A DNA stretch of 64,000 nt, taken from the NCBI GenBank assembly GCA_034780895.1, contig JAUZTB010000118.1, forward strand, positions 69,655,974 to 69,719,973, in the 5' to 3' direction. The notes under the pieces are model-generated. The model searched no databases and had not been told where the DNA came from. It saw only the letters and a list, made by a program, of their open reading frames with translations. Every line of letters begins with the position of its first letter. Position 1 is the stretch's first letter. Below are positions 36,751 to 50,375 of this stretch, in pieces. Position numbers and translations under genes: made by a program. This DNA comes from Rhynchobatus australiae (lineage: Eukaryota).

Positions 36751-38119
36751 TGACCATTAGCTACCCATTTACGTCAATCCGAAAATACCACTTTTTTATT
36801 CTCCCCACATTATCCTCATCTTCCCCCACATTCCACCACTCAATGAAAGATAGCAAGGTTTCTGGAGCAGACATTATCCCTGCTGCAGTTCCAAACTTGA
36901 CAGACGAGAACTTCTGTTATAAATTCACAGCCTCCATCTCTCACTTACCTCATTCCCAGCACCAATATAAGCAATCAATAGAAAACAGAACGATATCAAT
37001 GTAGCAAAATCCAATTATACTAATTATTGCAAGGAATAAGACATAGGTATCTGCATAGAAATATAAGTATTAGTTTGATGTAGACTGGTGTGAACAGTAT
37101 TTGAAAATCACTTCCCTTTCACTGAAGCATTCTAATCTGCTAAGTGGTAAAGTAAATGATAGGTGCATTATACCATTGTATCTTAATGAAATTAATTATT
37201 CAATGGCTTTTTTCATCCTACAATGCTTTGATTATACTGCTTCTGAAATTTATTGTAATATGATTGACAATAAGTTAAGATTTGAATTAGTCTATGTATA
37301 TCAACCCTAATTTGAATGAAGTTGAGGAAAGGCTGCATTAGTTCTGGAGGCAGTAAAGAATTGAGTTCTGCTTCAGACTCACAGGTTAGTCATCAATAAT
37401 TTGAAATGTCTCAAAGTGTATTTAACCAAATAGAGTAGAATGCATGCACTGAGTCGGGCAGATGAGGTGAAAGGGTATTAGTGACGAGTCCAACAAAGTG
37501 GATGAAGTGTTTTTGGAATACTTTCAAAAGTAGGGAAGGGGAAGATCTGGTGGAGAAATTTTGGCAGAGTTCCAATAAGAAGCTGAAGCAAAACAGATAG
37601 CAATAAAGGAGTGGACCTGTATCAGAGCAAGAAGAGGGGTATGACCCCTCTGGGACCTGTTAGATGAAGCAGTCAATAACAACATCTGACATCAATATTA
37701 TACCTTAACAAGAGCAACAACATCTTGCATTTATATGGCATCTTTAACTTAGTAAGAATTCCCAAAGCTCTTAAATGTATATTAAATAGGACCAAAACCA
37801 CAGAAGTCAGTTATTGTTAAAGATTCAAAAAGTTTCATGGTGTTAATGAGGTCTAGCAAGATTCTGGTGAATGAATTTAGAAATTTGAGTGGAAGTGAAA
37901 AGGCCAGATACAAGAACATAGAAAAAGTCAAGACTCAGTGAAAAAGGCATGAATTACAGCCTCTGCAGAAGTGAGAAGGAGATACAAGTGGTATCAGGTA
38001 TGCTTTGTAGGAGGAAAAGGGCATTTCTGTTGATTGAACACATGTAGGGAGTAAACTCAGCAATGACCAAGTAACACAGAAAGCCTGCACTCTTCCCTAT
38101 TTAACAACGAACTGACGGA

Positions 38120-38410
38120 ATCACTAAGAACCCTCACCATCTGGGACATGCCCTCTTCTCGTTACTACCATCGGAGAGAAGGTACAGGAAGCTGAACGCC
38201 CACACTCAGCGACTTAGGAACAGCTTCTTTCCCTCCGCCATCAGATTTTTGAACGGCCCATGACCGCATGAACACGACTTCATTATTCTTTTTTTGCACT
38301 CTATTTATTTTATAAATTATAATTTATAATTTTATGTCTTTGCACTGTACTGCTGCCACAAACAACAAATTTCACAACATATGTCAGTGATAATAAGCCT
38401 GATTCTGATG
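38120..38410 (+). mobile_element. Rex-Babar LINE 3' end (second tail type)
   Basis: ITKNPHHLGHALFSLLPSERRYRKL...RNSFFPSAIRFLN; tail GATAATAAGCCTGATTCTGA. Confidence 0.85.
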
Positions 38411-39329
38411 GTATTTTGATATACTTAAGACAATATTAGAGAAGTATTTGGAGGTTGAGGGCCCAAAGAGTTGGAATTCATGAAACAGTAATTGAATTTT
38501 ATGAAGCTGCATTTCATGGATACATGGATGTTGGTAGTGGACTCCTCAAGTGTCACTGCCAAAACTTCGAGAATACTTCAGATTATTTCAGATATTTAGA
38601 TAGTAACAATATAGAATCTCTGAGGTGCACATCTTGGCTCAGCAATGGAAGGACACAAGCTTCTGCTGTAAGCAGCAAAATTCCTGGACCACTCCATCTA
38701 CCTGCATCTACTCCTGCTTATTCATGCTGTGACTCTTCCAGTGCTCCACTGTCAAGCTCACTAATGAAACCCATACAAGGATTTGAAACTGATGGAGCCA
38801 GTAACATAGGAAGCATAGGATCTGGCTTCTTGGGAGACACTAGAATCTGTGGTTGGCTGTTTGTGGGATACAGTTAGGGACTGGAAATTTGCTGCTGTTG
38901 ACGTTTGGTTGCACAGAATACATTAGAATATATCTTTAGATATTACTTACAAGGCAATTACATCAACAACTTTCATTTATATAATGTCTTTGACATGGCA
39001 AAAATTCAATAATGGTGTTTTGCAGGGGAGTTATCAAACAATATACAACAATGCAATGGTGTGGTGCTTAAAATTATAAATGAGCAAGTTCATCAGTAAA
39101 TGAGCAGAGGGAGCAGGAGCATCTGAGATGATGATAAACCTGAAATTATGTAAGACCGAGTGATCAGAGGCAAACTTATTGAATAGTGCAGCAGGCATGA
39201 GGAGCCCAATGACTACTCCTGATCCTATTTCTTTTGTGCTTTTATTCTTATGTGCATTTTGAGGCAAGGGTTTTCAAAGCAGCCTCTTGAGATTCACAGC
39301 TGAGGTTACATGATACCCTGGCATGCAAA

Positions 39330-40030
39330 TCTACTCTTGAGTTGAATGCTATTTTCTCCAAAAATATTCCATTTATGTAGGACTTTTAATTTGGCCAAAA
39401 TCCCAAAATAATTTGCAGGAACGTAATAAAACCAAATCTTTAATGCCAACCACCTCAGGTGATGATAGTGCAGATGACTAAACACTTGATTAAAAAAAGT
39501 AGGTTTTAAGGGATATCTTAAAGGAGGAAAGAAAGGAAGAGAAGTTTCAGGATGGAATTTCACAGTTTAGGGCAGCTGGCTGCAATGAAAGAGAGATTGT
39601 ACGCGAGGATCTTAAAGAAGTCAGAGTTGGAAAATTGGAGAAGAGGAGGTACCTTGGAAGGATATGAAGTGAAGAAGATCACAGCGATAGGGGTAAACAA
39701 GACAATTGAGCAAGGATGGGAATTTTTAAATTAGCTATTGTTTAATTGGGGTAATGGGTGACCAGGATTTGATATATGTTAGAACAAGAACAAAAGAGTT
39801 TTGGATGATCTTAGATTTATAGAACATAGAAAAAGGAAGGTGAGCCAGGAGTGGGATAATCAAGGCCAGTGACTGAAGATTTCAGCAGCAGATAAACTGA
39901 GACAGGGACAGAGCGAAGCAACATTACATACCTGAGAACAGGCAGTCTAATAGTAATAATATGAGGTCATGGCACGAAGTTTGTGAAAAGTCTGGTTCCG
40001 TTTCCAGCAAGAGGGATGAAATCAATGGCT
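39330..40030 (-). mobile_element. L2-like 3' relic (similar relics at ~700-900, 37715-37800, 46240-46560, 47200-47500, 48100-48340, 49610-49930, 59480-59680)
   Basis: Degenerate L2 3' signatures such as GGTTTTAAGG...CTTAAAGGAGG...GGAATTTCACAGTTTAGGGC and CCTTCAGCTGCCAAGGCCCTAA...TTCCCTCCCT. Confidence 0.5.
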
Positions 40031-41089
40031 GGAAGTATTTCAGATCACAACAATCCACTTGCTGAATCTGCAGCTTATCCTGGACATGTAAATAATGCTT
40101 GAATGTGCATTATCTTGCTAGGTGTTGTCTTAAATTCTTAGGTAAGTTTTTAAGTTGTTTCAAGAACTTCAGCTAAAGTTGCAGCTATAATGTGTGTAAT
40201 GTCGCAGAATCGATGGTTGGCAAGCACTGAAAAGTGGTCTGAGTGGGACAATACACTCTGTGGCAATGTTTATTTTGACCACCCACATGCTCTGAGCTGT
40301 ACCATATCTGACATTGTCAAGTCTGGAAAGTTTTCTTTCCCTATGGAGCCAAGCCCACTTAGTGTTGCCACAGCTCTGACAAATAAGCACACCTACTCCC
40401 AAGCATTGCAGACTTCTCTTGCGGGACAGGTTTCTTGAGTATTAAACAATGTAACTCTCTAGAGCTTCACTTCTTTTGACAGCACCTCTTCCGCTACTTT
40501 AGAAAACTAAAGTATATGCTAACATAGTCCTGTTGCCAGAGTGGCATAAGCACACTGCTCTTTTCACAACTATATATTGCACCTTTTTAACTTAGTTTCA
40601 TGGTACAGTTCTGCTCTAATTGGGATGACTCTTGGAAAACTGCATGACAGTAGCAAGCAGCAATGATTTTAGGAGCCTACAGCTGCATGAAGGGCCAAAA
40701 TTGAATCTTTGCACAGAGCTCCTGCAAGGCAAACATCACCTCTAGCAGTGTGTGATCCTTCAAAAATTAATGAACAGAAAATCACAGGCTGCCGGAGTTT
40801 TTTTCTAAATGTACTCTCATTCATTATCCCATGTCAGGAGCTCCTAAACATAAAGTTTATTCAGCACAGAGACATCCAACTATTAAAAACATTGAACTAT
40901 AGAATAATGACAGGGTATTCACTGGGTTAGTTCTTCAATTGTTGTGATTCCTGAATGAGAGTCGTTGTTGGGGGATTGTGGTGCATGCCTTCCTTGTTTG
41001 GGCACATTGCAACATTTCCAACTTCTACAGATGCAGATCTAGAAGATGGTCTTCATACTGTCATTCAGATCAGCTTTTACTCCTTTAGT

Positions 41090-41302
41090 TTGAGCACAAA
41101 TATCCAGAATAATACTGTGGTGCACTACTAAGGGAATGATGTATTGGCAGAGGTGCTGTCTCTCAGATGAAAGTCCTGTCTGCTCCCTCAGATGTATGTA
41201 AAACAGTCCCACAGCACTTGTTTGAGGAAGTCACAAGAATTTTATTCCACATATCGTTCAGACATCATGATTTAAAACAATGGATTATCCTGTGATTATT
41301 AC
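41090..41302 (+). mobile_element. Deu-domain SINE relic (SacSINE1/AmnSINE1-like)
   Basis: GAGGTGCTGTCTCTCAGATGA...CCTGTCTGCTCCCTCAGATGTATGTAAAA...CCCACAGCACT resembles the Deu domain. Related 3' fragments lie at ~41895-41985 (-) and ~51730-51845 (+). Confidence 0.6.
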
Positions 41303-42999
41303 NNNNNNNNNNNNNNNNNNNNNNNNNNNNNNNNNNNNNNNNNNNNNNNNNNNNNNNNNNNNNNNNNNNNNNNNNNNNNNNNNNNNNNNNNNNNNNNNNN
41401 NNNNNNNNNNNNNNNNNNNNNNNNNNNNNNNNNNNNNNNNNNNNNNNNNNNNNNNNNNNNNNNNNNNNNNNNNNNNNNNNNNNNNNNNNNNNNNNNNNNN
41501 NNNNNNNNNNNNNNNNNNNNNNNNNNNNNNNNNNNNNNNNNNNNNNNNNNNNNNNNNNNNNNNNNNNNNNNNNNNNNNNNNNNNNNNNNNNNNNNNNNNN
41601 NNNNNNNNNNNNNNTCACCATGTCATCCAGTCAAACCGTCTCTATCCCCATTTCAAATATCTTTATTAATAAGAAAAATTATTGAAGGAAAGGAGAAACA
41701 GAATTTTTATATTGGGTCCATAGGATTCCCATCAAGTTGCATGCAGTAGTGCCCTGAAACTTGGCTTTAATTCCTGGAGAGGACAGTCTTTGGAGACTGA
41801 GGTGCCCATTGCAGCTGCCTTGTTGATGAGGGTTTCTAATTCTGCTTGCACTCAAACAACGGCTTGCATTTTAAAAAAGCTCAAGGCATTCAAAAAAGCT
41901 TAAGTACTTTTGAAGTGTTGTGACAGTCGTAAAATTTGACCTGCGTCAAGTAATATAGGTACAGCAAGCTCCCATAAACATTGTTTTAGTGTTGATTGTT
42001 TCATCAAGAAAATGTTAAAATGATTCCATTCAATATTGTTTTGTATAAATATCATTTTAAAATTCTTTGCACTTCTGTATTATATTGGTTAAAATAATAA
42101 AGGCACAACATTGAGAAATATGATTTTGGGTATAATCTTGTTCAAAAATATTTGTCCAAAAACAATTGTGAGTTCACAGGAAGAGCCACTGCCATGGAAA
42201 ATGTACCTTAAAGCAGTCTGTTTTTGCTCACCAGGCTACAGTTAGTGCTTGTTTTGCCCTGACTCTAGTATTATTAATCATGCTTTTTATTGAGATAAAT
42301 GGCACTGTACATGCAGTATTAACAAATCTCCATACATCAGTAGGTTTACAACAGTTTTCCTGAATTTCTGTTTATTTCTCCAGCCAAAAAACATTCTGAT
42401 ATTTATACTCTATAGCACACTTGTACATTTATAGTCAACTGCACTTATTTTGCAGTTGGAAGAGTAGAATATAATTAAATTATCATAATTGTGAATGATT
42501 ATAAAGCATAAGCAACTTGTTGTTTAAATTTAGATTTCTGTCTATGCACTGACATTTCATGCTTCATTGAGGTGAGATTTTATCCCATTCCACCATTCTT
42601 ATTACATTACGATATCAATAACTTTGTTTTATATTCTTCCAATAAACCAGGTACAATAGATATAGTTCATGAGGGAGAATGCTAAAAATCATAAACAAAG
42701 CAACTTCTTATGAATTAAGCTTTGATCTTAAAGGAAGATTTTAAATGCTAAAAGACCATCAGCTTCAGGAGAAAAAATTCCCACAATTTTTCTAAAGTGT
42801 GTGATTATGTGAATAATATTGAAGTCATTAAGTGGACTTCCGTGTAAAGCTTTCTACCAATATAAGCAGCCACTCCCAAATTCTCTTGTGGCTTCCCAAT
42901 CCCATTAGGGTTATCATCATATACTCACATATTGTTCTCTCATACACCACACAAATTCTATCTTGCCTCTTTCAGGAGTTTCCCCATGAAACAAAGTCT

Positions 43000-43745
43000 T
43001 CATAGATTCATGAAAGCTTATGGCATAGAAGGAGGCCATTTGACCTATCCACGCTGGCTAAAATTGGAATTTAGGTTAATCCCATTTTCAAGTTTAGTCT
43101 ATAGCCCTGAGATTATGGCTCTTCAAGTGCTCATCCAGGTACTTTTTTTAAATATGGTAGGAAATTCTGGCTTCAACATTTTTTCTAGGGAAGAGTTCCA
43201 CACCTTTACTACTTATTGAGTAAAATAATTCTTTTCAACTCCCCTCACATCCTTCTATCAAAGACTTCAAATCAATGCCCCCCAAGTTATTCATCTCTCT
43301 GCCATGGCAAATAGATCCTGTCCATTTATCCTACCTTTGTCATGGTTCTGGGTTCTGGTCCTCATTTGGCTCCATTAATGCCTTGTTGTCCAGCACATGG
43401 ATTCCATGCTGGACTGATTACATAACAATACACACCNNNNNNNNNNNNNNNNNNNNNNNNNNNNNNNNNNNNNNNNNNNNNNNNNNNNNNNNNNNNNNNN
43501 NNNNNNNNNNNNNNNNNNNNNNNNNNNNNNNNNNNNAGGAAGTATCCTGACTCCAGTCTTGTATTGGTGTGCTGCATTTGGGTTCTCTGTGAGTTTGCTC
43601 AACATTGTGACAACCTTGAACTAATTTCATACAATTAAACCTCCCTTTGATTTCCTTTGCTCAAAAGGAAAAAATCCCAGCCTGAACTGTCTCTCCTCAT
43701 AACTACAAACCTCCAGCCCTGGCAAGATCTTTAAATATTCTCTGT
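43000..43745 (-). mobile_element. CR1 LINE 3' relic
   Basis: ILPGLEVCSYEERQFRLGFFPFEQRKSKGGLI (CR1 SYEERL.RLGLFSLE.RRLRGDL); CR1 tail at ~43010-43050. Confidence 0.75.
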
Positions 43746-44384
43746 GCCTTTTTAACCACTTTGTTTTATTTGTCTTGTTACACAAAGGAATTTGTTGACA
43801 TGCTCTCAGGAATCTAAACTTCATTGTATCCTACCATTTATGGTAAATTTTCTTATCTCTTTTCTCCTCCCTAGAATCATCACCTCACAGGTTTCTAGAT
43901 TTAAATCCATTTGCCACTTTCAAACACATTTAACCTGTCCATTGATATCTTCCCATGGCTGAGAATTTCCTTGCTGAATTCCTTGCCTTCATTTCTTTAT
44001 GACTGTACATTCTAATTCTCAATTATTTAACCTTTGAATCTCCTTTTGTTCAACCACTCATTCACTTCTGCTCTCAAAATGCTATTTTCATTGGAACCTT
44101 CACTGTCACATGTCCCTGATTTTTCTTTGAGTAAATTACCAATATCTAGCTCTTCAAATTCTAAATCCACATATTAATGCATGTACAGCACACCATCACC
44201 TGTTCTGAATGGAAATGCATCACCTGTATTGTGCTATATTGTTCAATGGTTAAATTCTGTGGGACCACTGATAAGGCTAATAGGCTACCTGGTGTTCCAG
44301 CATCATTGTACGGGGAAAAGTTAAGAATAGGCTTTGTTCTTCACCTCCTCCTTGACCTTAATCTCTGCCTCACATTCCTCACCT

Positions 44385-45184
44385 CATTGGAAGTTGGATC
44401 CTCAACTTCCTCATTGGGAGATCACAGACAGTACGGATCAGTAATAACATCTCCTCCTCACTGATCATCAAGACAGGCACACCTCAAGGATGTGTGCTTA
44501 GCCCACTGTTCTACTCTCTCTACACTCATGACTGTGTGGCTAAGCACAGCTCAAATGCCATCTATAAATTCACTGATGACACCACTGTTGTTGGAAGAAT
44601 CTCAGATGACGATGAGGAGGCTAACAGGGGTGAGTTCGATCAGCTGGTTGAGTGCTGTCGTAACAACAACCTCGTACTCAACGTCAGCAAGACCAAGGAA
44701 CTAACTGTGGACTTCAGGAAGGGGAAGTCGGGAGAACACAAACCAGTTCTCATCGAGGGGTTAGGGGTGGAAAGGGTGAGCAGCTTCAAGTTCCTGGGTG
44801 TCAACATCTCAGGATCTATCCTGGGCCCAATGCATTGATACAATCATGAAGAAGGCATGCCAGCAGCTCCACTTCATGAGGACCCTTACAAATTTCTATA
44901 GATGTACAGTGGAGAACATTCTGATTGATTGCATCACAGCCTGGTATGGAGGCTCCAATGCCCAGGATTGCAAAAGTCTGCAGAGGGTAGTAGACTCAGC
45001 CAGTTCCATCACAGGCACAACCCTCCTCACCATTGAGGACTTCAGGAGGCAATGCCTCCAGAAGGCAACATCCATCATTAATGACCTTCACCATCCAGAA
45101 CATGCCGTCTTCTCATTACTACCATCAAGGAGGAGGTACAGGAGCCTGAAGACCCACACTCAATGATTCAGGAACAGCTTCTTC
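44385..45184 (+). mobile_element. Rex1/Babar-clade LINE reverse transcriptase fragment (frameshifted)
   Basis: [15 protein letters not shown]...[21 protein letters not shown]...[10 protein letters not shown]...[15 protein letters not shown]...FKFLGVNIS, then LTNFYRCTVENIL...LLPSRRRYRSLKT. Confidence 0.9.
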
Positions 45185-45293
45185 NNNNNNNNNNNNNNNN
45201 NNNNNNNNNNNNNNNNNNNNNNNNNNNNNNNNNNNNNNNNNNNNNNNNNNNNNNNNNNNNNNNNNNNNNNNNNNNNNNNNNNNNNNNNNNNNN

Positions 45294-45506
45294 CATCTGC
45301 CACTTGTCCGCCCAACTCTGCATCCTATCAATATCCCTCTGTAAGCTCTGACAGCCCTCCACACTATCCAAAACACCGCCGATCTTAGTGTCATCTGCAA
45401 ACTTACTAACCCAGCCTTCCACCCCCTCATCTATAAATATAACAAAAAGTAGAGGTCCCAGAACAGATCCCTACGGCACACCGCTAGTCACAGCCCTCCA
45501 ATCCGA
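45294..45506 (-). mobile_element. CR1-clade LINE RT fragment
   Basis: [70 protein letters not shown]. Confidence 0.9.
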
Positions 45507-47678
45507 AGAAGAAATTTGAAGAACCAAAGTGTCTGAATTCCTTTATGATTACTACATTGCACTGCAGTCGACAAATCTCACAGAGTTACTCATGGCAAGG
45601 AAATTGAGGTCAACTTTATTCCCAATATGAAAAGCAAAACTGAGAACAATTAAAAATGAAGGAATATTATGCCAAAAGTGTCAATCTAAGGAGCTGCATA
45701 TCTGGAGATGAAGTATTTGCTTTTAACTTCAGTTTTAGACCAAAGTGGTTCCTGCTGTGGTTGAGCAGAGTACAGGCTATTGTTATGTCTGGTCATTCTG
45801 GGAGATGGACAAGTCAGTTATGGCTCTCAGACCAAATATGATCTCTGTGAATATCATGCTTGGAAAAATGCACTACCTACAAGCTTGGAAAATTTAAATA
45901 AACTTTCTAAAGAAGAACCTCAGCCTCCATTTTGTACCTTGAGATGTAACAACAAACAAGTCATCCTCGATCCTGAGAGACTGCCGAAGAAGAAGTGCAT
46001 ACTCTTAAAATTATTTCTGTAGAGCACAGTACAGTATCTTTTTTTGTCTTTACTTTCTCCCTACTTTTGCAAGGTAAGGCTTTTTGATGGAATATTATTC
46101 CATGAATGCAGGGCAACAGCAAGTTTTATTTGAATCATACTCATAAGTTTAGAAATATTTCTGCATACAATGTAGGGTCAACAAGATCCATGTGAAGGTG
46201 GGAAGGATCTGCAGGGAAAGAAATGTGAAAAGCACAATCAAGCAGACATACAATAAGAAAACCTTTAGAAGTGTTCTAAACAGTCAGAAAGTTGTGGTTG
46301 GGGGAGAATATCTGTGCCTGAAGGGTTTGCCTACGTTGAAGAATTAGAGGGAGTAAAGCAGTAATCTAGCCTCAGATAATCAAGGAATACAAGTTAGAAC
46401 ATATATAGAGAGGGTTCTATTTAAATATATTATAGCGAATCTACGTGGTGACTTGGAAATGAGGGCATAGATCTTGAAATTGATTAGCTAGATGATGCAT
46501 GACTTGTTAGCATGATGGATGCAAAGACTGATATGGGTAAGAAAAATTAGGCCATGGAATTATGTTTAAAAGCTGAATTAAATGGGAGATGGAGGAAGGT
46601 GGGGATGGGAGGGTGGTGGGGGGAGGGGAGTAAGGAACAAGAAGGAAGATCTGCATACTTTCCTACATTATGAATGTTTTAGGCCTTTGACAATGGAGAG
46701 AGAAAGGCAGTGCTGCAAGTTGGCAATATTGCAGCAGATAAAAATATGCTCTTGGCATTCAACAGCTGCAGGGTAGGAGCAGAATGTGGAGGTTGCACAG
46801 CATGTAGTTTGAGTCAATGGAAAGCCAAGAAAGTTAATAAAACTGAGCTAAATATGTCCAGGTGGTGGAATGAAGCAAAGCATACATAAGACATACAGAA
46901 TCTTCTAAAGTTATTTTTATTAAGATGCTCATAAATAATCTGAACTGCAGAACAGGAAGTCTGTGGTTGGATCTCTGATCTGTGTTGAGTTAGCTGCTGT
47001 CAGATGAACAGTGATGTTGATTTTAAGCTTGGTTTTAGCAGCCCTGGAGTAGGGACTGGAAAAGTTAGTCAGGTTTCCAACTTCCGATCCACATCCAATA
47101 TTCCCTTCATTAAAGCTTGTTTGTGCAGTCAAAGACCTCAGTTGTGACATTCTCTGACATTTGCTGTCCAGAGGCCATGGAAGGGATATGGAAAAATGAA
47201 GGGCTATTAATCAGGCAAGAATGACAGAGACCATCCAGTAGGGATTACAATAATCAAGTTTAGATAAGGGACACAGATAAGGATTTCAGTGACATTTGAG
47301 CAGAGTCAGGGCTTCGGTCAAGTGATTTTTCAGAAGTCTTAATGATAGACCAGGTAGGTGTTAAAAAACCTCATTTTGGGATCAAATATAACACACAGGT
47401 TGTAATCACAAATTTGATTTCAAACAGATGGAAAAGGAAGGAATCAGTAGCCAGGGAATGGAGTTTGTGACAGCATTTATAGACAATGCCTTCAGTCATC
47501 CCAGGATTCACAATTCATGATTATCCTAATCTCTTGGCTGACCTACTATTCTCCATTTTTCATAAAAATCAGCTCTAAATCATAAAGATCTAGGTACCTG
47601 CATCTTTGTCCATGACCAGTTCTGCACACTTATTACCCTTTGCTAAGTGGTACCCATTGGCTGCTGGTCTATTAATAT

Positions 47679-47992
47679 TGTTACGGACTAGGACTATTAG
47701 TGAGTGTCCCTTTTAGATAGTGTGTGTGAGTGTGTGTGTGGTGTGCTTACGTCAACAGAAGATAACGAACGTCATGACGTTGTTGTTGAAACAACCAGTC
47801 GGAGTCAGTCTGAAGGAGANNNNNNNNNNNNNNNNNNNNNNNNNNNNNNNNNNNNNNNNNNNNNNNNNNNNNNNNNNNNNNNNNNNNNNNNNNNNNNNNN
47901 NNNNNNNNNNNNNNNNNNNGTAGTTATTAATAAAGTAGTTTTTAACACGTATACATGTCTCGGTGTGTTTCTGTTGTTGCTGGTACGTAACA
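47679..47992 (+). mobile_element. Solo LTR (Gypsy-like) with 4-bp TSD
   Basis: Terminal inverted repeat TGTTACG...CGTAACA, ATAT duplicated at 47675-47678 and 47993-47996, AATAAA at ~47929; contains an N gap. Confidence 0.85.
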
Positions 47993-48989
47993 ATATCCTA
48001 AAGTTACAAAGCTCATCCTTTCATTTAGATCCCTCATGGCTTCCCCCTTCCCAATCTGTGAAACCTAGTCCAGATCAATAGCACTTTGATAGTTCTGCAA
48101 GTCTTCAGTTTTGGTCTCTTCTGAATTTCAAAATCTTGAAGTTTGGTCACTGCACCTTCCACTCCCTAGATCCTAAGTTTTAGCCTTGCCCTTACATCTT
48201 TCCACCTTTTGATTAAGACACTCCTTACACTGCACTGCACCCCAACTCTTTATTTGCCACTTATTTTTTTTACTTCTGTGTTAATTTTTATCTGATGAAG
48301 CTGCTCTAAAATATTTTTCTATATTAAAGTTGCTATAAGAATACAAGCTGATGTTCTAAATAGACTTATCCCTCACAGATCTGTGAAATTCATCTCTCAA
48401 TAACCATAAAATTCATGATATATTCACAATTGTTGTTTATAAATTAGCCAGTCAGATGTATTACATGTCCTGAACTAATTTAATTGTTAAGAACGGATCT
48501 TGTGAACACAGGGGAAACTTGGAATTGTGTTTACCATCATTGAAAGCAGAATTTAAACAATTTTACATTTGTCAGGAAGTTCAACAAGGAATAGTTTCAC
48601 AACAGGATCAAACAAATTCTCTCCTATACACAATCAGAAATCAAAGTATTCTATTGCATGTGACACATCATAAAGCAATGTTGCAACAAAGCTCAAGGTA
48701 ATTCAGAGAAGTGGCTTCAAAATCTCCACTGCATAATAAACTGATACTTATTGCTCTTCAGAATGAAGACACCCACTTTACTTGCGCATAGTCTGCTAAC
48801 TTCATTTTAATTGGAGCTCTGTATATATGTATATTTTATGGATTATGCTTTTAAAATCCTAGCTATTTATTTTGAGGTAATGGAACATATTTTTAATGGT
48901 GAGATGCTTTAGATAGATAGATTGACTGCAGTTCAACACATGCATGTAAATATGCAGTTTAGTAACTGCTTTCAGCTTATTTCATTGAG

Positions 48990-49240
48990 TCTTTTTAGTG
49001 GCAGGACAGTGATGCTTGTTTCACGCGGGCAGCTCCCGACGTTGCTTTAATTGAGTGCTTTTCTATTGAACTGAGGAACAGAAATCCACAGCATGTCCCA
49101 TCCCCCCGCAGCAATTCCATTCCACTCCTAACTGATTATGCAGCGACAAATTAACTTGCTTGCAAATGAATAAAAGGTCGTGGGGAGGGAAAAAAATCTA
49201 ATGACAAATGGCCCGCAGCTAATGTCGCTGAAACCTATAA
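48990..49240. promoter_or_regulatory. Candidate conserved non-coding element/enhancer
   Basis: Unique, repeat-free block with retained CpGs and clustered homeodomain-type cores (TTAATTG, TGATTA, AATTAA, TAATG). Confidence 0.4.
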
Positions 49241-50074
49241 AAGCAAATAGTATTGAACAAATTGTCTTTTTTTCACAGGGAGAATGTATTCAGGTCAGGA
49301 AATGTTTTACACAGTTCAGACAAGGGTCTACACCCGAACAGTTAACCTTCATTCTCCCTTTTCAGATGCTAACGCATCTACAATGTATATGCACCATCTA
49401 TTGTTTTAGCTTTTCGTGTTTTACGATGTCCNNNNNNNNNNNNAAAAACACTATTTCTTAGGGGATTAAAATTATAATTCAAGCTAAAAAAAAGTGCCTC
49501 TTTGAATCATTTACTTGAATGCATATTTAGGGAAAAAAATCTACAGGGCAAAGTGTCCTGCTTTGGCTGGGTATATAATGAGCAGCAGTTGTTTGTTCAA
49601 GCAATATAAGGCCTCATCCTTTCCCATCTCTATAATCTCCAGTCCTAGAACATTCTGAGATAACAATACTCCTCCGGTTCTGGCCTCTTGAGCGTCCCCA
49701 GTTATAATTGCATCATCATCAGTGTCGTGCCTTCAGCTGCCAAGGCCCTAAACCCTAGTATTCCCTCCCTAGGTGTCCTCCTTTAAGATTTTTTTTAAAT
49801 AATACCTCTTTGACCATGTGTTTGGTCATCTGGAGTGGCTCAATGCCAGATTTCATTAATAGCGCTCTCACTAAGAACTTTAGGACGTTTTGCCTGGTTT
49901 TGTTTTTCTATATTAAAGAAGCAACTTGTCATTGTTGTAAAACACATCAACCATAACAGATGTCAAAGGTAGAGTATATAGAGGGCTGATGATTCACTTA
50001 CTTTATAACCTTCCAAAGTTGAAAGTCTTGCTCAAAATACATTTCCCCTTGAGTAAGAGTTTATAAAATGTGCA

Positions 50075-50375
50075 GAGTGGCATAGCAGGTAAACTCATTG
50101 AACCAGTCACCTAGCTTTGGTGCTGTCTGTGTGGAATTTGCATGTTCTCCCTGTGACCACATGAGTTTGCTCTGGGTGCTGCGATTTCCTCCCCACATCC
50201 CAAAGATGTGCTGATTGTTAGGTTAATCAGCTGTCATAAATTGCTCCTGGTGAAGGTGGGTGGTAGGAGAATAACAATGGGCATTTGTAAGAGAATAGGT
50301 TACAGCAAGAATAAGTCGGAGAATAGGATTGATGCAATTGCTTGGAGCCTAGACTGAATGATCTCTTTTTATGTC
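50075..50375 (+). mobile_element. Older V-SINE copy
   Basis: GCTGTCTGTGTGGAATTTGCATGTTCTCCCTGTGACC...TTTCCTCCCCACATCCCAAAGATGTG. Confidence 0.75.
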
